Source: Antedon mediterranea
Taxonomy: Eukaryota; Animalia; Echinodermata
Length of the DNA stretch: 64,000 bases
Direction: 5' to 3'
NCBI RefSeq assembly: GCF_964355755.1
Contig: NC_092670.1
Span: 40,474,388-40,538,387, forward strand
Shown here piece after piece: positions 47,527 to 62,210 of this stretch. The position numbers were made by a program, and so were the translations under genes. The notes under the pieces were generated by a model. The model had not been told where the DNA came from, searched no databases, and saw only the letters and a list, made by a program, of their open reading frames with translations. Every line of letters starts with the position of its first letter. Within the stretch, counting starts at the first letter, position 1.

Positions 47527-50500
47527 ATGTACGGTTCCCGAAGAATGGCAAAACGATCCATAATCGGTACAAGAGTTGCCGCACCGTGGCAAGATGGGGT
47601 GTTCTATCCCGGTGTGATAAAAGATGTCAAAAATCGTGGAGGAGGCGATACAACATATATAGTGCACTTTGATGACGGTTATGCAAGAACATACCGAGAT
47701 ATGGAAATCGTAGGACCATGTTTTCAGCCAGTTTCAAAGGTACATCTGAAATTTAATCAGACGGTGTTCACCACTCACAATGGGCGCGAAATTTCAGGTG
47801 TTGTTCAGAAACACCGGAAACAGACGAACGAGGTGTTGATTGTTTTGAACGACGACGAAGACACGATGGTGAAGGTCAAATTGGATGATGTTAGGCTGCT
47901 AGAAAGTAGAAAATCTGCCCGTCTGGTGTCCAATGATACGGATTATTCGAAGCTTGCAGATATCTCGGTTACCGAAGCTAAAAAGAGGCATGTCTCGAAT
48001 TATATTGACGTTCCAAGCAGGTATGTCTATTAGTCGTTAGCTAAAATTTTAATGATGTGCATTGTTTTTGCTTATAAATACGTCATTCATTTTTTATATA
48101 TGTGCATCCCTTTAAATTTAATATTTCATAAATATTAAATTTAAAGGGATGCACATTATTATTATAGGATATTTATGGACACCTTGGAAACCCCCAAATT
48201 TCATGATTGCGTCATACAAATTTATTAAGAATACGTTGTGCAATGTTGTATATAATTTTAATATAGTCAGCGAAAATTGTCTTCTTTTATTGGAAGATTG
48301 CCAATGTTTTGCAAGGCAATACAAAAAAAAAACTATACGGTGACGTCATTAACTCGTGTTGATAGCTGAGGAGATTATTTTTCCGTGCATGCTAAATTCG
48401 CCGCTCTGTTTTCATCGACTAATAAACATGTATTTTATAAATTTATTCCGTCATTAACGTTTAATAAATATTGCATTATACATTTAGAATGTTAAATTTG
48501 AATTTTGATACGTAAAATACACGAAAAATTTCGTTTGTTTAATGTTTGTTAGCGGCGCAGCGACTGATTTGATAAACGTCATATTGGGTTTGTTTTCATC
48601 GTTCAGGGTTGTCAACTGCATCGACCTTGGCTCCGTTTCAACTTCTCTATCCATTGTATGGTAATATGTGAGGCCAAGCATTTTATGCAGTGACACAGCT
48701 AGCTAGCCTCTAGAGAACACAGCAGAAGAGTGTGTTGCGTTTTGCGATTATTCATGCATAACAAATGAGCTGTGGGCGCCGGCCGGTTTGTTTATATCTC
48801 AACTTAGCATGTGCTTAATTTGCATAGCTTCCTTATGGCTGTGTTGTTGCTAAACTGAGAGTTTGGCTCAGTTCAAGAATTTCATTTTAGATAATACTTT
48901 AAATTAGGTCATGACCTCAATATGAAATTACTTGTTATTGACATGCATAATAAATTTAAAGGGATATTTGGAAGGAAGAATTCATGGTATAATATTCATA
49001 AAAACCCTTTCTGACATTTCTATTTTTTATAGTGCTATAAAGATATACTATAATATCTCTAAATTTATAGATATGGTAAAACATTTATTTTTTAAGACAT
49101 AAAATTAAATTATTTTGTGGTTAAATGATTTCAGTCCAAAAGCACCCAAAATAGATGAAGAACCATCAATGGAAGACGTTATGGCCGCTATGGTTCTTAC
49201 GTCACTCTCGTGCAGTCCAGGATTCAGAAGTGGAGGTGAATTTTCAATTTCATTATATTTTCCTCCAATAATTCTTTTCAAATACAACATTCTTTTATTA
49301 CTGTTGGTGGGGTGCTTTTTCCTCATCTTTATCATTATCACTGGATGGTTTACAATTTGTTCTGTTCCTGTCAATTTCTCTTTGTTATACTGTAATGCAT
49401 CCAAAATTATTAGAAAGAAAATTTAAAAAACTACAATTTAAACACATCCACATGTTATACAAACATGTTACAAAATCAAAACTATTTTAATTAAGTACAT
49501 ACCAAATATAGACAATATTATTTATGGAACAACAGTTTATATCTTGTTGTTATGATCATGAATGTTTAATATGGTCCAGCTGCCTTGTTTGAACAAGTCC
49601 AGACAGGTCAAATTTAGCAAGTACGCCCATTGTTTGAATTCAAAGTGAGGTTATGTGTGTACCTTGTTTGTGCAGCCATAGGCCACATCTATTTGTACAG
49701 CCATATACCAAATTTATATAATGATTGTTTATTCAATAATTGACTCAATTAGAATATTCATGACCAATAATTCTCAGTGTTATCAGGGAGGCTAATGGCC
49801 AGCCAAGTGCTGATAAGAAGAGTGGTGTGGTTTACCTACAATTGATAGAATATACAGTGATGAGGTCATGGCCAAAAGACCTCCAAATATGGCCAAAATA
49901 CATCCAAATATGGCATTAAAATACAATAACGTCTCTGTGGTTTGATAACAGGATAATCAGTATAGAGTTTTCCTTTATTTTTGTTTGCCAAAATATATTT
50001 TAATACTAAATAAAATGTATGTATGGTGCAAGGCTATTTTGATCAAGAAAAAACAAATTTTAAAGAAGACAATGTTTTCACAAACATGAACTAGTAGAGA
50101 CACTATGTACCCGGCCATCCATGTAATATAATTATATGGATTTACAGTGTTTGGGAAGTTTTAATAAAGAAATATGCTGCACATTGTCTATGAAAATAAC
50201 TGACGAGTAAGTAGTAATTTTTCCATTAAATTTCAGTTGGGGAGCCACCTAGTCCATCTAGCCCAGCCCGCCATGGCCTGTCATCATCCTGGTCTCCCGC
50301 CACCATCAACGCACCACCAAGCAGCCTAGGTTCTGCATCCAGCGGTAGGTTTAGCTTTGATAACACAAGGTGGATCCCTTCTCCATCTGCATCTTCAAAC
50401 AGCGATCGTGAAAGCCCGCAGGCTGGCACGGAAAAGATGGAGTATGAGGGAGGTAGCCGGTCCTTGGTGGAACCATCGTTCGGTCCACCTGCGCAGGTGT

Positions 50501-53500
50501 TTAGTTTGTCGTTGGATGAAGGTATTGATGTGTTTGACTGTGGGGCGGAGTTTGAAGTCGAAGAGAATACCCCATTGAAAAAGGTGAGTTATTGCATTTT
50601 TGATCAAAATCAATTATCAATCAAAAACTAATTAATGAGAAAGGAATGTACATCTGCAGATCTGTAACTTGTTGTTTCATGTAAAATGTATAAAAAAGTG
50701 CATTGTCCAATATTTTAATGTGTATTTATCTACACACGGAACCAACAGCTTAACATCCCATCCAAAGAACCAGGCAATTAGAAAAAAAAACATCTTTCCT
50801 AAAGGACACCTACAAATGTTGTACTTGTTCCTTATTGTGTTAATGGTAATAGAATCACATCTTAGTTCTTACTCTGAAATGGAATAAGCACATACTCTGT
50901 ATGCACCAAAACTATTCTACCCAACCTTCAACTCATTGTATATTGTGTGTATTTGACCTTTGACCTTGGGAACAGCCTTTTATAATTACAGCATATTACT
51001 GCTCTAATCAATATGGTTACCTATTATGAGGCTAGAACCAATGTCTTGGGCTATACTTGGATAAGTGCATCTAGAGCCGTCACTAGTGAGACAGTATTCC
51101 TGGCTCTATTTCATTTCATAGTGTTTTGAACTTATTAATTTACAGACAGCAGCATTACATTTACACCAGTTTACTTGTTAATGTTGAATGTGGGTTACGG
51201 CCATGGTTTTAATTACTATGCTTAAGGTAGTGCACTTTCAGACTGAATTTATAATGTTTTAGTACAGTGAATCTATAATACCATTATAATAATCTTTAGT
51301 CTGCCTGCTTAATTTCTTTCTGTTTGAAATCAAATAGATCATCGAATTGATGTTTGACATTGATCAAAAACCGGTTGTTTTGATTCAAATGACTACAACC
51401 ATGCAGAGGCTTTAACACTGTGGGGAAATTAAGGGTCATAGTGTAACATTCTTTAAGGGGCCTACAACGCTGGCCTCATGCTCTGGGGCCCTTTAATACT
51501 GGGCCACTGGATTTAGCCAGTGGGCGCTATGCCACTGTAACCGTTTAGTATACATCTCACCTCTTTCAAAATGGATTATCCTAAAAGTACAACTGCTACG
51601 TTATTGACTCTGTCAAACAATTGTTGAAATATATTTGTTAATGTTATTGTTTGTTTAACAAAGTGACTAGCTAGGACATCAAAAGTATTGTTCCTTTATT
51701 ATGTCACAAACTCCACTTATCAAATATCCCTATTTTATTTAATAAGGGATAACATCTTTTAATTCTAAATCGCCTCTCTTGATCAATCATCATGATTGCC
51801 CATTTGTAGGTCACCAACAGGTCACTTTAAAAATCGTATGAATTCCGTGACGATGTCGTACTACAACTCAGCTATGTTTAACCATATATCTATCAAGAAC
51901 ACAAGTGCAACATACATTGTTAACAATATTTCATTAATAGAACAGCCATGTGACATGTGACAATTGCTAAATGACCCTAATAAAATACATACATTAATGA
52001 TTTCAAACCAGGTGTTATTCTATGTAAATATGTTAGCTGCAATCATGTCATTGGTAGAGTATCCCCTAATTAGGAGTAATGAATCTGGTAATGAATGTTG
52101 TTTAAGATTAGTATGTGTTGAATGTTCAATGCCGTGGTCTATTGGTATATGTAGCTGATGTTGTTGCTGTATAGAATTTCTGTAGAAGTAACCTACTGTG
52201 ATTGGGGGAAAGTGAAAGTTATGGAGAAGGGGAGATGTTTGGTAAAGTTATTCAGAAAAGGAGAATTTAAAAACTGTTTCAGTAGTAGAATGATTAATTT
52301 GCAGTTTAATGCCATTCATTGAGATTCTTGTTTGTTTACTGAGTAAAAAGGTACCTTGATTTTATGGAGAGATATTTTGGGAAGATTGTAGGAAATCTTC
52401 TACAGTAAGTAACTCTAATGTCACAATATGGCAGCTTATATTATTCCACTGTAACTACTCTACTTATCAATATATTGTTATTCTAAAAATAAAGCTATTA
52501 AATATGTTTGCTTACCGAGTCACAGTTGATCAGTTTTCACATGATGAATAACGCACACTGACTTTAATTAATGGTGCATGTCACACTATATATAAACAAA
52601 CTTCTGTTTGTAAACCTATCGTTTCTATTGAGCAAGTGAATAATACAGGTTTTTTCTTGCTAGCAGAAATGGGTCCATGCAAAAAACTGCAAAAAAAGAA
52701 TTTATCTTAAAAACATTTTAAAGAGGCCAATTGAATCAAGTGTCGGGAACCGTTCTTAAATCATTTCCAATAACATTTTAGCAGAAACACAATTACTTTC
52801 TCAATTTGACCTCAAATCTGTTGAACCTGACACTGACAGAACCAGTTTTTTTTATTGTAAAAATTCAGTTGGCACATAATCTGTATAATTCGGAGGAACC
52901 TGTACTTTTGAAATAGAAAAGGCCTTATAAAATAAACTCAGGTAAACCAAGTCACTGAGAAGCTGGTGTTATTTATTATTACTAAGCTATGGCATACATA
53001 GGTGATATAAAGGGGACTCCAGCCGGCTTAATTTCACCATTTTTTTTATTGGCTCTCCCTATTTAAACATCCTGGATCTGCTAACTGTACAACTCCATTA
53101 CAGATGAAATGGAAAAATATTAGAGAAGGGGAAATACTAATTGTAGCATGCATAGCTAATTAATTTAGAGTAGATTTCGCCGGTGTTTCTTGGTATCGGT
53201 ATCGTCATACTAACAATATATTTGATCAGCTGCCAATTACTACTTGCTAATATGACTATTGTTCCTGCTGCTGATCTTTAACCTTTGGTGCAGGGATGTT
53301 ATTTTATATCTCCCAGGTCAGCAGTTTTCAGATTGAGTTATAATATTAATGAACAAAAGAAAATAGTGCAGGACAGTGGATTAGTAGGAAAGGTATTTTT
53401 AGAGGATAGATTTAGGTCAAACATGCCAGTATCTTTGCTCTTACAGCTCTTCATTTTTAAAAAACAACTTAAATATTTACATTCAGTATTTACCTATTCA

Positions 53501-56500
53501 ATACTTCTATTAATAATAATATTTTATTTGATTGAACCTTATTTAGTGAGGGTGACCCTAAACAGCATATGCTGACAATCAAGGGGCCCTCAAATACTAT
53601 AATAAAGGCTTAATCGATTTAAAGACATTACATTTTAGAATATACATTGAATTATGATTAAATTAAGTACTTTTGTATTATAGTATTTATGAAACATTTT
53701 AATTTAATATTTAAATTTAGCTTATTTACTTTATATTAAACTTCAGGCATTTCTATTATTAACCACCCTTCAACTTAATAATTGAGACAGCTGATAGTGT
53801 GCTAATTAGCAGCCTGTCATTATTTTAGGCCTCTTATGTAGGATGACAACCTACCACTTAAAAAGCATTTACTGTCACTGAAGTATCATGATCTAGGGAA
53901 GGTTGTAACATAACCTTTAGTATAATATTATAACACTTTTGTATACAGATAAAAACAATTGGAATGTCCTATACTCAAAATTATAAAAAAGATGCCAAAA
54001 TATGATATGAATAAATTTGTTTGGGGTGTAAAGTGTTTTGCATTTTAATTTGGTTCTTGCTTGTTCTTTTTAAGTAATTAAGTGTCGCTACTTTCATAGC
54101 TTCAACTCAATATGTTTTCTAAATTGTTTTTACAATCAAATTGTGTAATAATAATAATATTTAAATTAATGTTGGTGTAGTGCATTGTTTTTTTTCATAG
54201 ATTCTTCTTACTGGCTGTCCTTAACATGTGCTTTTTTTTCTAAATCAAATAGTTGAACATAGGGTCAATAGTCAATAGAGTAGAGGACGGAAGTTGCGCG
54301 GTTTCTCAACTGTCATTCATAACAATTTATCAAACTTTTTACAGTTAATTAAACATTAATATCGTTCAGGAAGCATCTTCAGCAATCTATAAAAACGCTA
54401 TTTTCCAAATAAAGTTGAATATAGCTTTATGGTTTAAATGTAAAAATTAGATTGACTACTATATGTACTTTGTCTTAGGCAAAAATAAATGACTTTATTA
54501 ACTATACGGTAGTCATTTTGACTTTATTAACTATACGGTAGTCATTTTGACTTTATTAACTATACGGTAGTCATTTTTTTTCATACTTTTAGAATTAAAA
54601 AAAAGGCATAGAATGTACAAATTATTTAATAATAAATTTAGACATTATTTCTGTGAATTAATCTTATTAAAAATCTGTTCTTCAAGAGCAAGCACGTCCC
54701 TTGAGTGTGCCCCTGATTGTAAATTTACAATGATGATTTAAAATTTAAATGTTTAGTTTAAAATAACAAATAATTCTCAAACAATTAAAAATAAAAACTG
54801 TAAAAAAAATACTGTTTTACTGATTTTGTATAGCTCATGCATAGCAACATGAATATTCATGAGTAACTAATGATATTCATATTTTCATATTGATTTTCAG
54901 TTTGGCACTGAAATATCAATTTCAATAATCATTCAAAGACCAAAACCATAATATGAAAAATGCTGAGAGGTCAGAAAAAGGTGTTTTATAATTTACTTTA
55001 AAAAAGGTTTGACGGGTCAGTTATTGTGCTCTGGGGCTTCACATAATTATTTAATTACTCCAACAAAATAAATACTATATTATTATAATAATCATATATA
55101 AATTATAATTTATTTTATAATGTTTACAACATTTTGATGTTAAAACAAGTTCCTCATTTGTCAGAAAACAATCATGTTGAATTATGGGATGAGAGAACAA
55201 GCTACAATAATATGATAACACAGTTTTTTTTGTTAAATGTCAAATTTGACAAAAATAAATAATTTTGTAAACATTTACAAATAGTTTATAAAATTGAAAA
55301 TAATATTAGCTTTGTTTTTCATTCGCTTTAAAAATAAAATTAACATTATTTTTGATAAAGAATAAATTTAATAATGCAATACTAAATTAATACACTTAAC
55401 ATTTGTAAGATATTATTTCCATGAAAAACACTTGTACATCCGTTTGAGAAAAAAAAAATTTATATGCAAACTCGCAGACCAGCATATTGATTGATGAAAT
55501 GGAAGCATAAATAAGGGTTTTTTATTATTGCTTTTAACCTCAAATGTTTCAAATGTATTAAAGTATGTTTGTTTATGAGATAATGTCGTGCAGACTGATC
55601 TTAGGTTCCATATCAAAATTATTGTTTCAAAAATCTTGCTAAATAATACATTTAAACCAGTAAAGTGAGTAAACAAATGTAATTACTGCAGTAACTATAT
55701 GATACAATAATTTTGACATGCATCTCTCCCATAGAAAACTATATAACTACGGTATTATGTATTTGTATTGAGCATTTATTTGATTATTACATCAATACAT
55801 TACAGGCTACAAATAAACTGAATAGTGCAGTGAAATCTAAGTGAAAACCAACAGTGTCCTAGTATTTGTTTCTTCCCTAGCTTATAATATGATTGAACTT
55901 AGAACAACTTCTAGGAGACACCATCTCTACGAGATTAGAAAACACACCGTAGTATCCTCTACCAGATTAGGAGACATGCCTTTTCTATTATATAATATCC
56001 TCTACCAGAGGAGACATGCCTTATTATCTAACAGCCTCTACCAGACACGCCTTCTTTATCTCGTCTTTTTGTATCCCAGTAAAACGTCTTGCATGCCTGG
56101 TTATGGTCTAACGATCACTGATTATTGTATATTACAAAACCAACGGCTTTAGGGGTCATGACGAAACCATTACATTTTAATATTAAAGTGTATTGCTTTT
56201 GTCTTTACAAAATTGAAACAAAAAAAATTGTAAGCTAAATAAAATAATGACAGCTGTTAAAAATAGGCTACAAATACATAATTTGTTTGACAACAAATTA
56301 GGAAAAGGCGATATCGGGAGATTTCGACGATTATCGGAAGACTTGCGAGGTCTGTGTCATGTTGTATTTTGTGTTTACTCTTCTAGTAAAACAAACCCTA
56401 AGGTGGCAGAACAACTGGAAAATCATTGATGTTTTTTCCAGGTCTCTGTGGCAGCCCTGAGCATTATTGCCTGCTGCATGCCATTGGGTCTATGCCAGAA

Positions 56501-59500
56501 AACATACAACAGTACATAGTAATACACAATTATAGTTTTGTAAATTGAAGGAGGAACTGAACTTTTGAATTATGAAAGTTGAAGCCTTCTTTATGTGTTT
56601 TTATTTCAAATTATTTTTAATAAATTACAATTCAATCAATTTCAATGTTTACTCCCTCAAAATAATTTTAAAAGATTAATTTGAAATTGCTTTTAATTTC
56701 TTTCTTAGCCATCCCAATTTGATAATACTTACTACAATTAAATGATTAACTTTAATACAACATTATATAACAAATATTTATATTTGTTATTATAATTTAA
56801 AAATGTGTATAAGACTATAACTTTATTTTTTTTAAATTAAGGAGCATTTCTGTTTCAAAATGTATCGCATACAGTTATTTTTGCAGGATATTAATATCAT
56901 TATGCCACATAATATACAGTGTTCTGAATTAAACGCTAATTATACTATTCAACCAATAATTACTTATTAGTTTACGGTATGATTCAAGGGAAGAAGAGTG
57001 AAGGTAAAAAGACAGTGAAAAGTTTTGACATTTTCAAAGAATACAAAACTTGGGAAAGTACAATTGTTGTCACATGATCCGGTTGACCTACTTCGGAACT
57101 GACAAGGACACCAGCGCATCGTGGTTTCCCAGCATGCATTGTTGAATTGGATTAGTTTACATGACTTCCATTAATAAAAAACTTTTTACAACTTTGTAGA
57201 GCTTGTTATTCTTCTGTAGGCTGTGTGAACAGGGCCTAATACTATACTATTATTTTAAAGGGATCCTTTATGATTATATAGATATAGAAACTGTGTGTGT
57301 GAACATACCTTATAACATACTAACAACTATATAAAAAAAACATATTTTCAGGCCTTTCTTTTGGGTAATGATAGAGAGAGTTGAAACTATTATTATATAA
57401 TAATGTGAACTTGACTTGATCTTATACTATCCATACTCAGTGATAGGTCCCTTATTATGGAGACTTCTTTTTTTTCGGAGGGGGATGGGGGTGGGGAATA
57501 AATAAATTATCTGATTTATATATATAGTAGTATAGTCATCTATATATTATATAATGCTTCATTTTGTTGGAAATACCAATGAATGTAAAAATAAACTTAA
57601 ACGTCATTTATTTAGAAATTGATTATTGCATCATATACTTAAAGATAGAAACTGTGTTTGTGGTTAAAACCTGGTAAATTCCATAAATAAGAATATTAAA
57701 TTAAAAAATGCAAGTGAAGTGATATAGCCTTGAAAATGAAGGGGGAGGGGAAGATAACTGAGAATTTGTGCTAAACAATTAGCTAGTGAGGGCAATTATG
57801 TGCCCTTCAAATATATTTGGAATACTCGCACCTTGCTATTCTCTCTTAATCACAATGTTTTCATGTTATTTCCTATATTATCCCATTATAATATAATTTG
57901 TATAAATATTGTCATGATTAAAGTGAAAGGATGTATTGAGAGGTGACTTATGGTGTGATTAATTGTATACAATGGTTTATATTTAAACATGACTGGAAAA
58001 CACCATCAACTATAAATAGCAAATAATGACGTACAATACAAGGTAGATTGCATAATATCACTGTAATCTCTTTCTAGTTTTACTTTACCACTGTTTATAT
58101 TCTGTTTGTTTAGTAAAATCATCCTTTCAAAATTTCAGAATTTCTATGTTTTTTCTTAAAACAAATGATAATAAATGATACTTGACTTGACTTTATTTTA
58201 AATATAAAACACTTAAAATAAGAAGGTAAAATAGTAGAACAAAAATCCAAAAGGCATAACATTTAGATTGCTATAAAAAGAAAGTTATGATAAAAAATTA
58301 CATTAAGGTAACAATTGTCCCACGTCTGTTCATAATAAACAGGGCAGTGACGGAGCTACAAGGCATGCAGACCCAACTCAAAAATGTCAATGCAAAAGAT
58401 GGGAAGTAGCAGTTCATTTTACAATTTTTAGACCCTCTTCAAAATCCTTGATCAGCCACTATAGTCAGTCATAGGTACTAGGTACCGGATTCTGGTGCAT
58501 TTTGGTAAAAAAAATAAAACTGAGAGAATTTGCAGGCACCTTGTCTTCATCTAAGAATAAAAAAAGCTTTACATTTTGTCTACCAAATTTGGTTACCAAA
58601 TTTCATATTTATTGGGTTGGAACCAGTGGTTGATTAATCGTCAGTAGGTTGAAAAAAAGAAAGTGTTTTATGCAACCCAATCTGCTCGTGTCTGAAAACA
58701 AGATCAATCGTCCTCCCAATAACCAATCAAAGGCCATCTTTATCTGCAAACACTCACAGCTTAAATTTCATATCCAACAAAATGTGATTTATGGTGTTAT
58801 CATTGATATAAAGACCATCTTTTTATCAGTTAAGCTCTTTCTACACCGTCTATCAAACTAGTTTGACAAAAAAATTGTGCAGTGCCCAAATATGGTAGTG
58901 ATATGCTTAAATATGGTAGTGATATGCTTAAATATGGTAGTGATATGCTTAAATATGGTAGTGATATGCTTAAATATGGTAGTGATATGTATCATATATG
59001 GGCACATCACACCTTTTTGTCAAACTGCTGTAGTTTGATAGTGTAGACAGAGCTTTAGATGTAGAGTTATCAGCACAGAAATATAAGAGAGTGTGATCAC
59101 ACTAACACTCTGATTTGGATCAGCTTAAATCTGCTCCAGTCATGATTAAATCTAATGCATGTGAACACATCTTATGTTTTTTTTAGGGCTCAAAGAAATT
59201 GTATCAATGTAGATGGAATAGCTGCACAAAGGTGTTGTGTACGCGTCAAGGAATTGAGAAACACGTCAGGACCGTTCATCTTAAGTGAGTGTCATTTGAA
59301 TTGTCATTTTAAAATTAAAATGAAAATGAAAAGAAATGACATAATCATTGTTTAACGAGGGAGTTATTTAGAACCTATTTTTCAACTCCCCTGTTTTAAC
59401 TGGTTGCATATTAATTAATTAATTAACACTATTAACGTATGGCTTAGTTTACTATGTAATTCCAATGTAAAGTTTAGAATATCTCAATATCTGAAGTAAT

Positions 59501-62210
59501 TTGAAAAAAGGTAAGAGGAAATATGAACACCACCATCATTTTCTACTTCTTTGTCATCCGCCTCTTTAGCATCACCTTTGTAAATGAAGTCGCTTGTGGT
59601 TGGTCAACTCACTTGTGTTGTGGCTACGTTGTTCCGTTATGTCCAAATTCGAACCAAGCTTTATTAAGGACCGCACCCCTCATTGTCTCCTACTACTCAT
59701 ATGATTGTTATAAACGTCTTTGGTTTTATGTTATTATATTTTATCATTTACAGGAGACCATTGGAAGATGATGACAGTGATGATGGTGAAGAAGATTTCT
59801 ATTATACTGAGATTGACAGCACGATAGATACAGTATCTGAGGGCTTTGCCAACATGACCACATCCTCTCCACCACCAACATCAAGTCATATTGACATGGC
59901 ACGACCCCTGATTCACGATGAGCCAAAACAGGTCATGCAGAAACAACGAACAGTCAGTATGGTAGGTGGCGACATTGTTTGCATTTTGCAGAGCATTGAG
60001 AGCCTGTTTATATAAAGAATGAAATATTATTATTTATATTTTATAATATATATAATATAATCATGATATAATGTAACATTTCAATGCACTGTACACAAAT
60101 TAAGTTTGTTGACTTGCAGGATGTATAGTGGGCAGTGTGCCACATGTCAACCAGGACCTTTCATTCTCTGACCTCATGTCCTAGTACACATCTACATAAT
60201 TATTATTATTGCTTACAGAATGCTGAGCCTGTGCCAATTGCTGACACCTTTTCTTGGCAGCATAGTTTTCAGCCAGAGTTTAAAGCCACATCCGCACCAG
60301 CAGAGGTAATTATGCTCTTTACGTTATGTAACTTAACTTTGCCTCGTTAACTAAAAACATCTGTAAGCTGAAAGTGCTTGCTTTGTATGTACATGATGAA
60401 TAGTCATTTGGATAACTGATTCTAGATGAATAAAGGAAATTTATTGATGAGTTAAGAACAATAATCCATAGCCATCCATAGCCATCCATAGCCATAATAT
60501 CAGCAAGGATTCGAGACTCACTCTCTTCAAGATTCAAGATTCAAGAAATTTTATTTGTCCATAAAAATGGAAATTCACTTTGCTTGGTAGATTAAAACAA
60601 CAATATTGCAACAATTTAAAAACGAGCAGTATTATAACAGATTAAAAATACAAGATAAAAAGTTAAAAATACTGTTAAAAATGTAAAACTATTAAAAATT
60701 GCATTAACGTCTTACATTAGAATTAAAAATATGAATGCTATTTACAACGAAGGATTTTCTAGTTCTACAAAGATTTGCTCTTGGAGGTCGTAGCCTAATG
60801 CCTGATCTATTTAAGTTATAACAGTAATGTAACGGATGAGTGGGGTCTTTCATAATATTGTTTACTTTTTTTTAGAATACTCTTTTCATAGATAAATGAA
60901 CAAGGCGTAAGATCAGCTTTAATAATACGTTGTGCAATTTTACGTGGTCTCTCAATATTTTTCTTATCATTTTCAGTAAAGTTACCATAAAAACATCCAA
61001 TGCTAAAAGATAAAATACTTTGAATAATACTTTGATAAAATAGAATTAAAATAGTGTTATCAACTCTAATTTGCTTGAGTTTTCTGAGAAAGTAGAGCCT
61101 TTGAGATGCCTTCTTGGAAATCATGAGAGAGTTTGACTCCCATTTTAATTTGTTGTCAATTATAGTACCTAAGTATTTGTATTGGGTTACTCTTTCAACC
61201 TCGGTTCCTTTAATAGTTATTACATTATGTTCAACTGCAGTTTTACGAAAATCTATTATCATCTCTTTGGTTTTAGTAATATTAAGTATTAAGTTCATAT
61301 CTTCACACTAATTAACAAATCTTCCAACTTCATTAACAAATTCATTTACATTATGCTTACTATCGCAAAGAAAACCACTAATTACAGTATCGTCAGCGTA
61401 TTTTACAATATTGCAATCTTTGCTTAAAATATTAAAACTACTAGAATAAAAAGAGAACAAAATTGGAGAGATAACACATCCTTGAGGAGCTCCAACACTG
61501 GTAGATTCTTTGTTGGATAGGATACCATTGCACTTAACCATCTGCGGTCTATTAATCAAAAAACTATATATAACTTTGGCGAGCTGAGGTGAGACATTAA
61601 AACTTAATAATCTATCAATTAAAACATGTGGTAAAATAGTATTAAAAGCACTGGAGAAATCGAAAAATATAGACCGTACATAATTTCTTTTTGAATCAAG
61701 GTGATGATATGCATCATGGAGATAAGAATTAACAGCATCGTCAACCCCTTCATAGGTAGAATCAAGTCTTCTCAATGCCTGCAACGACTACACAGACTTT
61801 TGACCTTCCTTCTAGTTGCTACATTTATGGCATAATGAAACTACTACTTTTGAATGCTCAAATAATGAATATTCATTAACGTTTTAAACTTTAAACCAAT
61901 GAAAACATTCCTCTCATTCAACTGATGAATAATCATTATTTGAATAACAATTTTTGAATATTCATTAATATTATGAATATATTATTTGTTTCCATTGTTT
62001 TTTCAGATGACAATCCATACTCATAAGTTGAACGTGGTTCAGCAGAGACAGCAACAACATCAGGCTGCCTCTCCTAAGTCCAGTGACTTTCACGCACCCA
62101 ACAGGATTAGAAGTGATGGGCGCAAATGTCGTAAGGTTTACGGAATGGATAACAGACATATGTGGTGTACGCAGTGCAGATGGAAAAAGGCATGCACGCG
62201 GTTCAACTAA
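47527..62210 (+). CDS. ZNF395: ZNF395/ZNF704/SLC2A4RG (GLUT4-EF/PBF/HDBP)-family transcription factor, ~512 aa, 7 coding exons
   Basis: Exons 47527-48020, 49135-49235, 50237-50583, 59187-59284, 59754-59961, 60219-60305 and 62007-62210 join in frame. Motifs: N-terminal KRSIIGTRVAAPW.DG.FYPGVI (DUF4772-type region), CR1 MEDVMAAMVLTSLSCSP, C2H2 finger YQCRWNSCTKVL...GIEKHVRTVHL, CR2 EEDFYYTE, C-clamp RKCRKVYGMDNRHMWCTQCRWKKAC. Probably co-orthologous to all three vertebrate paralogues. Confidence 0.9.
54490..54577. repeat. 29-bp tandem repeat x3 (tgactttattaactatacggtagtcattt)
   Basis: Three identical copies, each with self-complementary ends tgact/agtca. Confidence 0.85.
58833..59054. mobile_element. 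MITE family A complete copy with five 21-bp units
   Basis: tta|agctctttctacac ... gtttgatagtgtagacagagct|tta (TTA target-site duplication). Confidence 0.85.
60526..61755 (-). mobile_element. 5'-truncated, inactivated non-LTR retrotransposon (Rex1/Babar-like, CR1 group): RT C-terminal half, 3' UTR and (TCTTGAA)n tail
   Basis: GVDDAV...YVRSIFFDFSSAFNTI, GAPQGCVISPILF, KYADD, LNITKTKEMIIDFRK, YKYLG. An in-frame TAG at 61308-61310 (FVN*CEDMNL, Trp expected) splits the two listed ORFs. The tail ttcaaga x3 lies at 60526-60546. The element is antisense in the last ZNF395 intron. Confidence 0.9.

Noticed and set aside
50584-59186. Nested gene in the 8.6-kb ZNF395 intron
   Set aside because: Only short AT-rich ORFs without coherent splice phases or protein motifs were found. 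Regulatory elements are possible but cannot be demonstrated from sequence alone.
61308-61310. In-frame TAG in the RT ORF as programmed readthrough
   Set aside because: It is most simply a TGG-to-TAG nonsense mutation in a truncated, dead LINE copy.
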